From Candidatus Heimdallarchaeota archaeon (GTDB lineage: Archaea; Asgardarchaeota; Heimdallarchaeia; Heimdallarchaeales; Heimdallarchaeaceae): a stretch of DNA of 63,686 nt. Both the position numbers and the translations under genes were made by a program. This document shows, one piece after another, positions 30,729 to 40,524 of the stretch (its first letter is position 1; each line of letters begins with the position of its first letter). Under the pieces are notes generated by a model that did not search any database, was not told the DNA's origin, and saw only the letters and a list, made by a program, of their open reading frames with translations. The stretch is from assembly GCA_030603365.1 (NCBI GenBank), contig JAUVXV010000017.1:1-63686 (forward strand). The letters are read 5' to 3'.

Positions 30729-31646
30729 ATGAAGGCTTGCTCAGTACCTGGTTGTGAAGAAGAAGATTCTTTACCATTCAAATGTAAATTATGTGACCAG
30801 TTATATTGTGCAAAACATAGACTTCCAGAACAACATAATTGTCTTCTGATTGGTATTTATCAATCTGATAAATATAAAAAATCTAAAGTCACGCAACCTA
30901 AGAAAAAAGAAGAAGAAACTAAGAAATCAAAACCAAAAATTCGTGGTGAAAGATTATATGGTCCAAGAGAGACAGAGAGAAAATCAGTTTATCTCGAACC
31001 ACAAGATCGATTTCTTTCTCGTTCTTCATTTTTCAATATTGCCGGTTTCAGAAATGATTACTTCAATATACTTACAACGCTTGTTATTTTCAGCATTCTA
31101 GTGACATTGAACATCATTGTTGAATATACACTTTATGAGGGTGCCCCTATATCTGTGATAGACTGGAATTGGGTTTTTATCAACATTGGTGCCATCAATT
31201 TCATTTTCGGAGGGTATTTTGTTGTTCAGAAGATACTAGCCAAAAGAATGAGAGAGGGTACAAGGGTTGTATTATGGATTTGGGGAATCATTATAGGAAT
31301 TATGAGTATATTCATACCTCTATTTGCAATTCCAGGATTTTTAACGTTTAAAGAGGGTAGCTCAAGTTACAAAAATAGAGGAAAAATTGCTTTTAGCGGA
31401 ATCGCTTGGATTTTACTTTGGTGTATTGTTATAACCATTTTGATGTTTGGAAATGGATTTGGTGTACCATATCTTGCTTCGTTAAGTTTTACTCCAATGC
31501 TGATGTTAACATTCACTTTATTTTCACTTCTACCATTTGGAATTTATGCAGGTAAATATATTTCAGGTTGGAACAGACAGCTATACATAGGAACTTTTGT
31601 ATTTACATTCATTCTATTCATAGTGTTTTTAGTTGCTAAATACTAA
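30729..31646 (+). CDS. AN1-type zinc finger fused to a multi-TM domain (degenerate M50-peptidase-like)
   Basis: C-x4-C...PFKCKLC...YCAKHRLPEQHNC; about 6 TMs; GKIAFSG, LLPFG. Confidence 0.75.
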   Translation: MKACSVPGCEEEDSLPFKCKLCDQLYCAKHRLPEQHNCLLIGIYQSDKYKKSKVTQPKKKEEETKKSKPKIRGERLYGPRETERKSVYLEPQDRFLSRSSFFNIAGFRNDYFNILTTLVIFSILVTLNIIVEYTLYEGAPISVIDWNWVFINIGAINFIFGGYFVVQKILAKRMREGTRVVLWIWGIIIGIMSIFIPLFAIPGFLTFKEGSSSYKNRGKIAFSGIAWILLWCIVITILMFGNGFGVPYLASLSFTPMLMLTFTLFSLLPFGIYAGKYISGWNRQLYIGTFVFTFILFIVFLVAKY

Positions 31647-31779
31647 AAACCAAATCAAATTTTATCACTATATTCACTTTCAACCGCTCTAGCATGTCTT
31701 CAAGACATTTTTCAATTCTTCAAATTACCCAAACATTCTTAAATACTTTACCGATTTTTCTTCATTCAGTGGGGTCAAG

Positions 31780-33033
31780 ATGTCTGAAAATAAAACCAAC
31801 CATAAAGATAACAATAATGTTGAGTTATCTAAAGAGCTAGGATTAAAAGAAGCTCTAGGTATAGCGATAGGTGCGCTTATTGGTGGTGGAGTTTTTAGTG
31901 TTCTTGGACTTGTGATAAACAATTCTGGTCCTGCGGCATTTCTCTCTTTTATACTTGCGGGAGTTGTTAGCTCTTTCACAGCTTTCAGCTATGTTCATCT
32001 AGCACTAAAGTATCCCAAAGCAGGAGGAGCTTTCATCTATGTTCAAGAAGCTTTTAAGAAAAAATGGCTTTCTGGTACTTTAGGAATAGTGTTATGGTTT
32101 GGTTATAGTTTCTCTGTCAGTTTGTATGCAATGACTTTTGGAAGATATTTAGGAGAAGTTATCCCGATTGCTGAAGGGTTTGAACTATTTGCAGGATCAG
32201 CCTATGCTATTTCAATTAGTGCTTTCATCTTTCAGATCATAAGCGTACTTATTTTCGTAGGACTTAATCTATTAGGAGTAAAAGAATCTACTAAAACTCA
32301 GAATATTTTGGTTTTAATCAAAGTTAGTATTCTAGTTCTCTTCATCATAGTAGGTCTTACAGCTGCTCAAAAATCTAATTTTGAAGGATTTTTTGACAAG
32401 GGATTTTTCCCAATAATCGCTAGTTCTGTACTTATTTTTGTATCAATGGAGGGATTTGAGATTTTATCTAATTCGGTTGAAGAGATGAAGAATCCAAAAA
32501 GAGATCTTCCTATAGGTATGTTTCTTTCAATTATTATTGTGCTTATTCTGTATATAGCCGTAGCTATCGTTACAGTTGCAATTTTAGGGACTGAAGGTGT
32601 AGCAGGATATAAAGAAGTAATCCTTTCTGAAGCTGCTTCAAAATTCTTAGGCAATACGGGAATGGGGATAATGGTTTTTGCTGCTATTGTTTCTGCTGCC
32701 TCAGCAATCAACGCAACTCTATTCGGTTCATCTAGACTTTCATACATGCTCTCTCATGAAGGAATCATTCCCAAAGCATTGGCTAAAATTAATCCTAAGA
32801 CTAGAGTTCCTGCAAGAGCAATTGCCATTTCAGGAGTTTTGAGTATAGCGTTCGTTTTAGCCTTTAACATCGAAATAGTAGCTTTAGCAGCAAGTATTAT
32901 CTTTATGTTTATTTTTGGTGCAGTAAACATTTCTGGTATAAAATTACTAGAAGGTAAAAAGAAAATACCTAGTATAATTGGAGTTATACTTATTGTATTT
33001 TATTTGATCATATGGATTGTAAGCTTCTTTTGA
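31780..33033 (+). CDS. APC family amino acid permease
   Basis: GALIGGGVF, PKAGG, GFE, EEMKNP, about 12 TMs. Confidence 0.9.
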   Translation: MSENKTNHKDNNNVELSKELGLKEALGIAIGALIGGGVFSVLGLVINNSGPAAFLSFILAGVVSSFTAFSYVHLALKYPKAGGAFIYVQEAFKKKWLSGTLGIVLWFGYSFSVSLYAMTFGRYLGEVIPIAEGFELFAGSAYAISISAFIFQIISVLIFVGLNLLGVKESTKTQNILVLIKVSILVLFIIVGLTAAQKSNFEGFFDKGFFPIIASSVLIFVSMEGFEILSNSVEEMKNPKRDLPIGMFLSIIIVLILYIAVAIVTVAILGTEGVAGYKEVILSEAASKFLGNTGMGIMVFAAIVSAASAINATLFGSSRLSYMLSHEGIIPKALAKINPKTRVPARAIAISGVLSIAFVLAFNIEIVALAASIIFMFIFGAVNISGIKLLEGKKKIPSIIGVILIVFYLIIWIVSFF

Positions 33034-33049
33034 AAAAGCCATTGATTCA

Positions 33050-33218
33050 TTATTTCTTCTTCTTTCGAAACTTTAGAATAACAAACAAGCTTAATAGTGT
33101 AATTAAACCCAATAACACCTTAAAGAAATTCGTTGATTATCAAAGGAAGTTCATTGTAATAGTCAATCATTATTTCAAAGATGTCAGTATTATCAGTTAA
33201 GGCACCATTCTCCCGTTG
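33050..33218 (-). pseudogene. Remnant C-terminus of an EF-CTERM-type anchored surface protein
   Basis: ...IDYYNELPLIINEF, 1-nt frameshift, then FKVLLGLITLLSLFVILKFRKKKK*. Confidence 0.5.
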
Positions 33219-33332
33219 TTAAACTATGCTATTGAATTCGTTCTCACATGTCCTGTTGCTCTTAAGAGTGTATAATTGATTCTATAATTAAGTACTAAAA
33301 CACTTTATAAAGTGATTTAGTTTTATTCATTT

Positions 33333-33839
33333 ATGTATCGTCTAATCGATTTATTCAATTCCACAGAGAAAGAGAGAAATCGGTTCTTCTGTTTATTTAA
33401 AGAACTCTCTGAAGATGTTTGGCATACAAAACTAGAAGAAAAGCTTTGGTCCCCTGAGAACATCTTTAGACATTTACTAGCTACATTACAGTGGTTAAAG
33501 AATTATCTTCCAGATACTGAAGTTGAAGATAGTTCTCTAGGATTGGAATATGGTAAAGAGCCTGAAGGCAAGTATTCTATAGAAGAGGTAGAAAAAGAGT
33601 TCAATCGAATATCTTCATTAATTAAATTAGGTATCGAGAAATTAACTGCTGAACAAGAAGATGAAGAGTTAGAATCAATGTTTGGGATGGCTGCTAGATC
33701 ACACCTCATTGCTGGTCTTCTTATGCATGAACACAATCATTTTGGTCAAGTAACTTATATTATTAAAAGAGCAACTGGATTTAGTGACCAAGAACTTAGA
33801 GAGAAATTATTTGCTGCTTTAAAGAAAGAGGGTGGTTAA
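33333..33839 (+). CDS. DinB/YfiT family protein
   Basis: WSPENIFRHL and HEHNHFGQ metal-binding His pattern. Confidence 0.85.
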   Translation: MYRLIDLFNSTEKERNRFFCLFKELSEDVWHTKLEEKLWSPENIFRHLLATLQWLKNYLPDTEVEDSSLGLEYGKEPEGKYSIEEVEKEFNRISSLIKLGIEKLTAEQEDEELESMFGMAARSHLIAGLLMHEHNHFGQVTYIIKRATGFSDQELREKLFAALKKEGG

Positions 33840-33840
33840 G

Positions 33841-34134
33841 ATGTCCAAGGATAGGAAAGTCACAATTGAGGTTGTCGATATACTGGAAGCTGGAACTTGT
33901 AATTATGGTCATAAAAAGGGTGAACTATTTAACTATCCAGAAGATCGTGGAAAAATCTGTGCTGCAGCATTTAATGTAATATACCCTTATGCTCTTGGCA
34001 TTAGAATGGGAGCAAGTTTTCCGTGGGAAGAAGACCCAAAAAGCGTAACAATTTGCTGTCCAGATTACAAAAATCCAGTAGTATTCAAAATAACAAGAGA
34101 GGATACAAAACAATACAAAGATATGGTCAGCTAA
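33841..34134 (+). CDS. TIGR04076-family small Cys-rich protein
   Basis: GTCNYGHKKG, CAAAF...P, CCPD...VVFKI. Confidence 0.75.
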   Translation: MSKDRKVTIEVVDILEAGTCNYGHKKGELFNYPEDRGKICAAAFNVIYPYALGIRMGASFPWEEDPKSVTICCPDYKNPVVFKITREDTKQYKDMVS

Positions 34135-34746
34135 ATGAACCCAAATCTTAAAAAAATCCCAGTCATCGTTTTAGCAGCTGGAGATTCTCAAAGAATGGGA
34201 ATTCCTAAAGGTCTTTTGGACTATTACGGAAAACCATTCATAACCTGTCAAATAGAGTTTTTATTAGAAATAGGATTCTTAGATATAATTGTGATATTAG
34301 GGAAGGACAAGAATATTTACTTCGAACAGATTCCTGAACTCAAAGATTTCAGAGTCGTAATCAATCCCTCTCCAGAAAGAGGAACATTTTCATCGATTCT
34401 ATGTGGATTAAAACAGATATCTAAGACAGATCAAAGTGGTGTTTTCATTTTACCAATTGATGTTCCTAGTCCTGAAAAAGATGTTTGGATTCAATTAACA
34501 GAAGGGATGAGTTCCTCGAATGTGAATGTTACTATACCATCATTTGAGGGAAAGAAAGGTCACCCTGTATTAATATCAGAAGAATTTAGGCAGCATCTTC
34601 TTTCTTGTGAATCAGATTCTCGGTTAGATTTCGAAATTCACAAACAAATAAACCAACAAAAAGCAAAGATTATATCAGTTAATGATTTAAATATTACACT
34701 TAACCTCAATACAATTGAAGATTGGGAAGCATACAAGGTGAAATAA
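34135..34746 (+). CDS. mocA: Molybdenum cofactor cytidylyltransferase (MocA/YgfJ-like)
   Basis: LAAGDSQRMG-x-PK, PIDVP, GHPV; translationally coupled to Xdh. Confidence 0.8.
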   Translation: MNPNLKKIPVIVLAAGDSQRMGIPKGLLDYYGKPFITCQIEFLLEIGFLDIIVILGKDKNIYFEQIPELKDFRVVINPSPERGTFSSILCGLKQISKTDQSGVFILPIDVPSPEKDVWIQLTEGMSSSNVNVTIPSFEGKKGHPVLISEEFRQHLLSCESDSRLDFEIHKQINQQKAKIISVNDLNITLNLNTIEDWEAYKVK

Positions 34747-37379
34747 TGAAGGTTGCATTTACTCTTAATGGGGAAGAAATTACAGCAGAATACGAAGAAG
34801 GAATGAGTTTTCTTGATGTTCTTAGAGAAGTTTGTTTAATAAAAAGCTGTAAAGACGGCTGTTCAGGTCAAGGTTTTTGTGGAGCTTGTACAGTTCTGAT
34901 TAATGGTAAAGCTACCCTTTCTTGCAGACAAAAACCAGGATCTATTGAGGGAAAAGAAATAATCACATTAGAAGGGTTGGATAAGATTGAACAAGATATT
35001 CTTTCTAAGTCTTTAGTCAAAGAAGGAGCTATTCAATGTGGTTTCTGCACTCCTGGCATTCTATTAAAAATTAAAGGATTTCTTGATAAAAATCCAACAT
35101 CAACTAGAGAAGAAAAAGCCAAAGCTATTACAGGAAATCTCTGTAGATGCACTGGATATCAACGTATCATTGATGCTATAGAAACAGCAGAAGAACACTG
35201 GCTGAATAAAGATTCTAACATATCAGGTCCTCCTCGAAGAAAAGATTTCTTTGGCGAAAAATATGGGTTTGAGAGAGAATATACTCCAAAAGAAAAAGGT
35301 GTAGGAGATAGCACTCACCGCTACCGAGGAATAGAAATGGCTCTTGGTAAAAAACCATACATAGGTGATATGGAAGTAGATGAGATGCTGCACGGAGCAC
35401 TATTGCTCAGTGAGCATCCAAGAGCAAAGATAATTGAGATTGACACATCTGAAGCAGAATCAGCTTGTGGTGCAGTTAGAATATTTCTGGCGAAGGATGT
35501 ACCAGGAAAAAGGTTCATTGGTCATATCATATCTGATTGGCCAATTTTCATTTCGGAAGGGGAAACTACAAAATATGTTGGTGATGTACTTGCAATGGTT
35601 GTTGCAGATACAATGTACCACGCTAGAGCTGCTCTTGATAAAATCAAAGTTGATTACGAGGTGCTTGAACCAATTGATGATCCTCTGAAAGCTCTATCAG
35701 CTGAAGCTGACAAACTTCACAAAAAAGGTAACCTACTTGGCCATACATTTTTTGGAAGAGGTGATGTCGCTAAAGCACTTCAAAATTCTAAATATATAAT
35801 AAAGCAACAATTCAGAACACAAAGAATCGAACATGCTTTTATGGAAGTTGAAAGTAGCCTTGCTATACCAACTGAAGAAGGAGTACATGTTTACAGTCAA
35901 GGTCAAGGTGTTCATGAAGATCAGAGACAGATTGCAGAAGCTCTTGGTTTGGAAGAAGAAAAGGTTATTGTTGAACTTGTAACAAACGGAGGAGCATTTG
36001 GTGGCAAAGAAGATCTTACGTGCCAAGCTCAAACTGCTATTGCTGCTTTTCTATTGAAAAAGCCAGTAAAGACTGTTCTTACAAGAGAGCAATCCTTACT
36101 GATGCACGTAAAACGACATCCAATGACCATGGATTATGAGGTTGGAGCAGATGAAAATGGAAAGTTGACAGCTGTTAGAATGAAGCTGATAGCAGATACT
36201 GGTGCTTATGCCTCAGTTGGAGCTAAAGTGGCTGAACGCGCAGCTGGTCATTGCTGTGGTCCTTACTATGTTCCCAATGTTGATGTAGATGCAAAAGTAG
36301 TTTATACAAACAATCCAGTTTGCGGAGCAATGAGAGGATTTGGAGTCAATCAGACTTCTTTTGCAATAGAAACTTGTCTAAATATGATAGTTGAGAAGAT
36401 GAGAGAGGATGGGAATGAGATTGATGAATTTGATATACGAGAACGAAATATTCTCAGAGATGGACAAAGATTTGCAACAGGGCAAAAGATGACCAAAACA
36501 GTAATTGGTATGCAAAAGTGTTTAGACGCAGTAAAGGATGTATATAAAGAGTCCAAAGTTCCAACTGGTATAGCTTGTGGAATAAAAAATACAGGTATTG
36601 GTAATGGACTCGAGGATACAGGAAGAGTATTGATCAAAGTTTTAGATGATGGAAAATTAGATATTCTAACAGGTTTTACAGAAATGGGGCAGGGATTATT
36701 TACAGTAATTACACAAGTTGTAACTGAACTTACTGATATACCTCAATCTCAGATGAATGTTAGATCAATCAGTTATCCAAACACAAAATGTGGCATGACT
36801 ACTGCTTCAAGAGGAACAACTTTGGATACCATGGCTGCTAAAAAAGCTGCTGAGAAACTAGCATTAGTTCTCAAATCAAAATCCCTTAGTGAACTTTCTG
36901 GAGAGGAATTTCATGGAGAATATATTTGTGATTTCACTGTTAAACCTGGAACAAAAATAGACAATCCAGTAACTCACTTAGCATTCAGTTATGCAGTACA
37001 AGTAGCTTTTCTAGATGATGAAGGAAAATTAAAGAAAATGATAGCAGCTCACGATGTTGGTAGGGCAATTAATCCCATGGCATGTGCGGGTCAATTTGAG
37101 GGGGGTATACATATGGGTCTAGGTCATAGTCTTTCCGAGTCTTTCCCATCAACCAAAGGAGTACCAGATTCTTTGCGAATGAGAGATTTACAAATCATAA
37201 AAGCTAAAGACATGCCTGAAGTTGAGGTTATATTAATTGAGGTACCTGAAGAAGTGGGCGGATTTGGTGCGAAAGGTGTAGGTGAAATAGGTCTAGTTCC
37301 AACCGCAGGTGCTGTAACAGGTGCTCTCCATCAATTTGATGGTAAATGGCGATTTGAACTGCCTGTTTCGCGAAAATAA
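34746..37379 (+). CDS. xdh: Selenium-dependent xanthine dehydrogenase-type molybdenum hydroxylase (fused 2Fe-2S and Mo domains)
   Basis: KDGCSGQGFCGAC, QCGFCTPG, NLCRC, GGAFGGKED, GHCCGPY, AMRGFG, CGIKNTG, GAKGVGE; ATG overlaps the mocA stop (TAATG). Confidence 0.85.
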   Translation: MKVAFTLNGEEITAEYEEGMSFLDVLREVCLIKSCKDGCSGQGFCGACTVLINGKATLSCRQKPGSIEGKEIITLEGLDKIEQDILSKSLVKEGAIQCGFCTPGILLKIKGFLDKNPTSTREEKAKAITGNLCRCTGYQRIIDAIETAEEHWLNKDSNISGPPRRKDFFGEKYGFEREYTPKEKGVGDSTHRYRGIEMALGKKPYIGDMEVDEMLHGALLLSEHPRAKIIEIDTSEAESACGAVRIFLAKDVPGKRFIGHIISDWPIFISEGETTKYVGDVLAMVVADTMYHARAALDKIKVDYEVLEPIDDPLKALSAEADKLHKKGNLLGHTFFGRGDVAKALQNSKYIIKQQFRTQRIEHAFMEVESSLAIPTEEGVHVYSQGQGVHEDQRQIAEALGLEEEKVIVELVTNGGAFGGKEDLTCQAQTAIAAFLLKKPVKTVLTREQSLLMHVKRHPMTMDYEVGADENGKLTAVRMKLIADTGAYASVGAKVAERAAGHCCGPYYVPNVDVDAKVVYTNNPVCGAMRGFGVNQTSFAIETCLNMIVEKMREDGNEIDEFDIRERNILRDGQRFATGQKMTKTVIGMQKCLDAVKDVYKESKVPTGIACGIKNTGIGNGLEDTGRVLIKVLDDGKLDILTGFTEMGQGLFTVITQVVTELTDIPQSQMNVRSISYPNTKCGMTTASRGTTLDTMAAKKAAEKLALVLKSKSLSELSGEEFHGEYICDFTVKPGTKIDNPVTHLAFSYAVQVAFLDDEGKLKKMIAAHDVGRAINPMACAGQFEGGIHMGLGHSLSESFPSTKGVPDSLRMRDLQIIKAKDMPEVEVILIEVPEEVGGFGAKGVGEIGLVPTAGAVTGALHQFDGKWRFELPVSRK

Positions 37380-37392
37380 GAGAGAATGGTGA

Positions 37393-38349
37393 TCATGGAA
37401 CGATTCTGGTTCCTGTTTCACCCTTCAAAGCCCGACTGATGTTTTCAGGATTGGTGACAATGGCTTCTTTACCTCCCTGCTCTAAAAATCGAACTATGGC
37501 TTTAATTTTAGGCTCCATTGAACCTTTAGCAAAGTGAGTTCCTTCCTCTAGGTACTTCTTTGCCTCAGCAACAGTCATCTTATCCAATTCCACTTGATTA
37601 GGTTTACCAAAATTCAAGGAAACTTTTTCAACGGCGGTTGAAATCAAAAGCATATCTGCTTTAATTTCATTGGCTAGGAACGCAGATGCAAAATCTTTGT
37701 CAATTACTGCTGCAGTCCCCTCTAGTCCTTGATCGGTTTCAATAACTGGTATTCCTCCACCACCTACAGTAATTGTAATCGTACCAGAATCGATCAGTGC
37801 CTTGATGGCTTTCAGTTCCATAATTTCTACAGGTAACGGGGAAGCCACTACTCGTCTCCAACCACGACCGGCATCTTCAACCACATTCCAACCTAATTCT
37901 TCTTTCCTTTTTACTGCCTCTTCTTCTTCCATGAATGTTCCAATAGGTTTAGCAGGTGTCTGGAAAGCAGGATCATTTGAATCTACACGGACTTGGGTAA
38001 CCACTGTCGCAGCCGGTTTATCAATTCCCCTTTTTTTGAGCTCGTTTTGGATATTCTGTTGCAGGGAATAACCAATAGCGCCCTGGCTGTCAGCTCCGCA
38101 AACATCCAGAGGTAGTTCATGCATACCTTCCACCTTATGGGCAATTTCACTTCGTCGTAAAATGAATCCAACCTGAGGACCATTACCATGACCTATTGCA
38201 ATATCCCAACCTGACTCTACCATGTCTACTAAGTGAATAGAGGTTTCTTTGGCAGCTTCATATTGATCTTGTACAGTTTGCTGCTGCTTTGATTTGATGA
38301 GCGAGTTGCCGCCAATCGCAACAACTGCTACTTTTTTCTGTTCTGACAT
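37393..38349 (-). CDS. arcC: Carbamate kinase
   Basis: AIGGNSL, HGNGPQVG, KPIG, RRVVASP, AVIDKD, GSMEPK. Confidence 0.95.
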   Translation of the reverse strand: MSEQKKVAVVAIGGNSLIKSKQQQTVQDQYEAAKETSIHLVDMVESGWDIAIGHGNGPQVGFILRRSEIAHKVEGMHELPLDVCGADSQGAIGYSLQQNIQNELKKRGIDKPAATVVTQVRVDSNDPAFQTPAKPIGTFMEEEEAVKRKEELGWNVVEDAGRGWRRVVASPLPVEIMELKAIKALIDSGTITITVGGGGIPVIETDQGLEGTAAVIDKDFASAFLANEIKADMLLISTAVEKVSLNFGKPNQVELDKMTVAEAKKYLEEGTHFAKGSMEPKIKAIVRFLEQGGKEAIVTNPENISRALKGETGTRIVP

Positions 38350-38360
38350 TTGTATATCTC

Positions 38361-39350
38361 CTAACGCATGGTCAGTGCCATGACTGCCTTTTGTGCATGC
38401 ATCCGATTTTCAGCCTGATCAAAGACCACTGATTGCGGACCATCCATTACTTCGCTGGTGACTTCTACATCACGATCTGCGGGAAGTGGGTGCATATAAA
38501 TTGCATCTTTGTCCGCGAGAGCCATTTTCTTAGAATCAGTAATCCAATCCTTGTATTTATCTTGGATCTTTTTACCTTCAGTTGGATCTTGTGTTGTGAG
38601 TAAGGGCCCCCAGGATTTTGCATAAACGATATCTGCGTCTTTGAAACCTTCTTCCATACTGTCGACAACCTCAAATTTGCTACCAAATTTATCAGCTTGT
38701 TCTTGGGCTTGTTTCATGATTTCTGGCATCAACTTAAATTCAGGTGGATGTGCTAGTGTAACGTCCAATCCAAAACGTGGCATCTGTAGAATCAAAGATT
38801 GTGGAACAGAAATTGGTTTCAAGTAAGATGAAGCATATGCCCATGAAACCACTATTTTCTTTCCTCTTAAATCTCGACCTTTTTTCTCAATAATAGTCAT
38901 AATATCAGCCAGACATTGGTGAGGATGATAAATATCGCACTGCATATTTAAAACAGGTGAGCGTGATGCGGATGCTACATTGTTTATGTACTTATTTCCT
39001 ACTCCCCAATCGCAATGACGAATAGCAATGCCATCATAATACCTTCCAAGGATTTCTCCCAGTTCTTTTTCAGTGTCTCCATGAGAAACCTGAGTTGTAC
39101 GACTCTCCAAAAATGTGGCTTGTCCTCCCAGCTGAGCCATTCCTGACTCAAAAGAAGCACGGGTTCGTGTACTGGAGAAGAAGAAAAGCATACAGAGAGT
39201 TTTATCCAGAAGCAAAGCATGTCGTTCACCTAGAGCTCGCTTTTTCTTAAGATCCCAAGCTACTTCAAGGACAGTTTCCACTTCTTCTTTTGTAAAATCT
39301 AGGTCACCGATTAAATCACGACCTCGTAAATCAGATTGCATAATGATCAC
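38361..39350 (-). CDS. YgeW-like carbamoyltransferase (OTCase superfamily)
   Basis: SSTRT, HPHQ, SWAYASSYLKPISVPQS (YgeW-type loop), YAKSW, HPLP. Confidence 0.8.
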   Translation of the reverse strand: MIIMQSDLRGRDLIGDLDFTKEEVETVLEVAWDLKKKRALGERHALLLDKTLCMLFFFSSTRTRASFESGMAQLGGQATFLESRTTQVSHGDTEKELGEILGRYYDGIAIRHCDWGVGNKYINNVASASRSPVLNMQCDIYHPHQCLADIMTIIEKKGRDLRGKKIVVSWAYASSYLKPISVPQSLILQMPRFGLDVTLAHPPEFKLMPEIMKQAQEQADKFGSKFEVVDSMEEGFKDADIVYAKSWGPLLTTQDPTEGKKIQDKYKDWITDSKKMALADKDAIYMHPLPADRDVEVTSEVMDGPQSVVFDQAENRMHAQKAVMALTMR

Positions 39351-40304
39351 CTACTCCTCTGCACCTAAAACCAGAGCTAATAGAGCCATTCGCATTACAA
39401 CACCATTAAACCCTTCCTTCCAGTATCGAGCCCATCGGGTCTGATCCACATCTGGAGGGATTTCATCCATACGGGGTAAAGAGTGGAGTAAAATTGCATC
39501 AGATTTTGCTTTGGTTTCCAAAAGTTCTTTGGTGATTTTGAATTCGGGTGGTGTTAGTGCAACATCACCATCTCTTTCATCACGGGATTTGGTGTAATCA
39601 GGCTGAACTACTGGCTCAACAAGAATCACATCAGCATCTGCGATAACTGTACGAACATCATCACCTTCGGTAAAATTAAGACTGTTACGTTTGAAATCCT
39701 CACGGTATTCATCAGGAAGTTCCATGTCTTTTGGCGATATAAAAGTAATCGGACAGTCAAACTGAGTTAATGCATGACCAAGAGAGTGCATGGTACGCAT
39801 TCTCATATCACCTACAGCTACCCACTTTAATCCGTCTAAGTGACCTTTTTCTTTATAAATAGTATAGAGATCAGTGAGGATCTGAGTAGGATGTTCGCCC
39901 CAACCATCACCACCATTAATAATGGGGATACTTACCCATTTAGCAGCTTCTTTGGGAGCGCCTTTCTGGAAATGCCTCATGACGATGACATCTCCGTAAT
40001 TTTCGAGCATCTTGAAGGTATCCTTGATGGATTCCATATAAAAGTCACCTGCACGGGTCATTTTAGCGTCAGCAAATCCTGTCACCTTACCACCCAATCG
40101 AAGCATGGCTGTTTCGTGGGCTAAACGAGTCCTGGTTGAAGGCTGGTAAAAAGCAGTTACCATTATTTTATCTTTCAATAAATCTACATTTTTTCTATTG
40201 CGAGCTATCGGTGCTAATTTATCTGCAATCTCAAATATTCGCTCAAACTCATGGCGTTCAAAATCCTTTAATGATATAATGTCACGCCCTACAAAACTTC
40301 TCAT
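39351..40304 (-). CDS. ATCase-like carbamoyltransferase with altered acceptor site
   Basis: PSTRT, NGGDG-x-x-EHPTQ, GD-x-x-x-RT-x-HS, HSLPR; lacks KGES and RxQxER. Confidence 0.8.
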   Translation of the reverse strand: MRSFVGRDIISLKDFERHEFERIFEIADKLAPIARNRKNVDLLKDKIMVTAFYQPSTRTRLAHETAMLRLGGKVTGFADAKMTRAGDFYMESIKDTFKMLENYGDVIVMRHFQKGAPKEAAKWVSIPIINGGDGWGEHPTQILTDLYTIYKEKGHLDGLKWVAVGDMRMRTMHSLGHALTQFDCPITFISPKDMELPDEYREDFKRNSLNFTEGDDVRTVIADADVILVEPVVQPDYTKSRDERDGDVALTPPEFKITKELLETKAKSDAILLHSLPRMDEIPPDVDQTRWARYWKEGFNGVVMRMALLALVLGAEE

Positions 40305-40524
40305 AATAATTCTCCTTTATAATTTAGACTAGCTTCTTTTCAGCTAATCTTATTGTTCTGCCGGTACTAATTTTTCTTTATAAACTTTCTTTTCAGCCAC
40401 ATAAGATGAACTTTCAACGCCTTTCCCATCCTGTGGAGAGCATGAAAATTCAAACATACTGGAATAATTTTTGGATAACTTTTATTTATTATCCAGTTTA
40501 TGGTCAGTTAGGAAAGGTAGATTT

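Noticed and set aside
33012-33200. 62-aa plus-strand ORF
   Set aside because: Better explained as the antisense of a decayed surface-gene tail
34746-37379. Selenocysteine recoding or SECIS element
   Set aside because: The ORF is open without an in-frame TGA; this enzyme class uses a labile Se cofactor; no convincing SECIS was seen
39351-40304. Annotation as pyrB, and of the neighbouring gene as argF
   Set aside because: Substrate-specificity motifs are missing, there is no pyrI, and the context is catabolic
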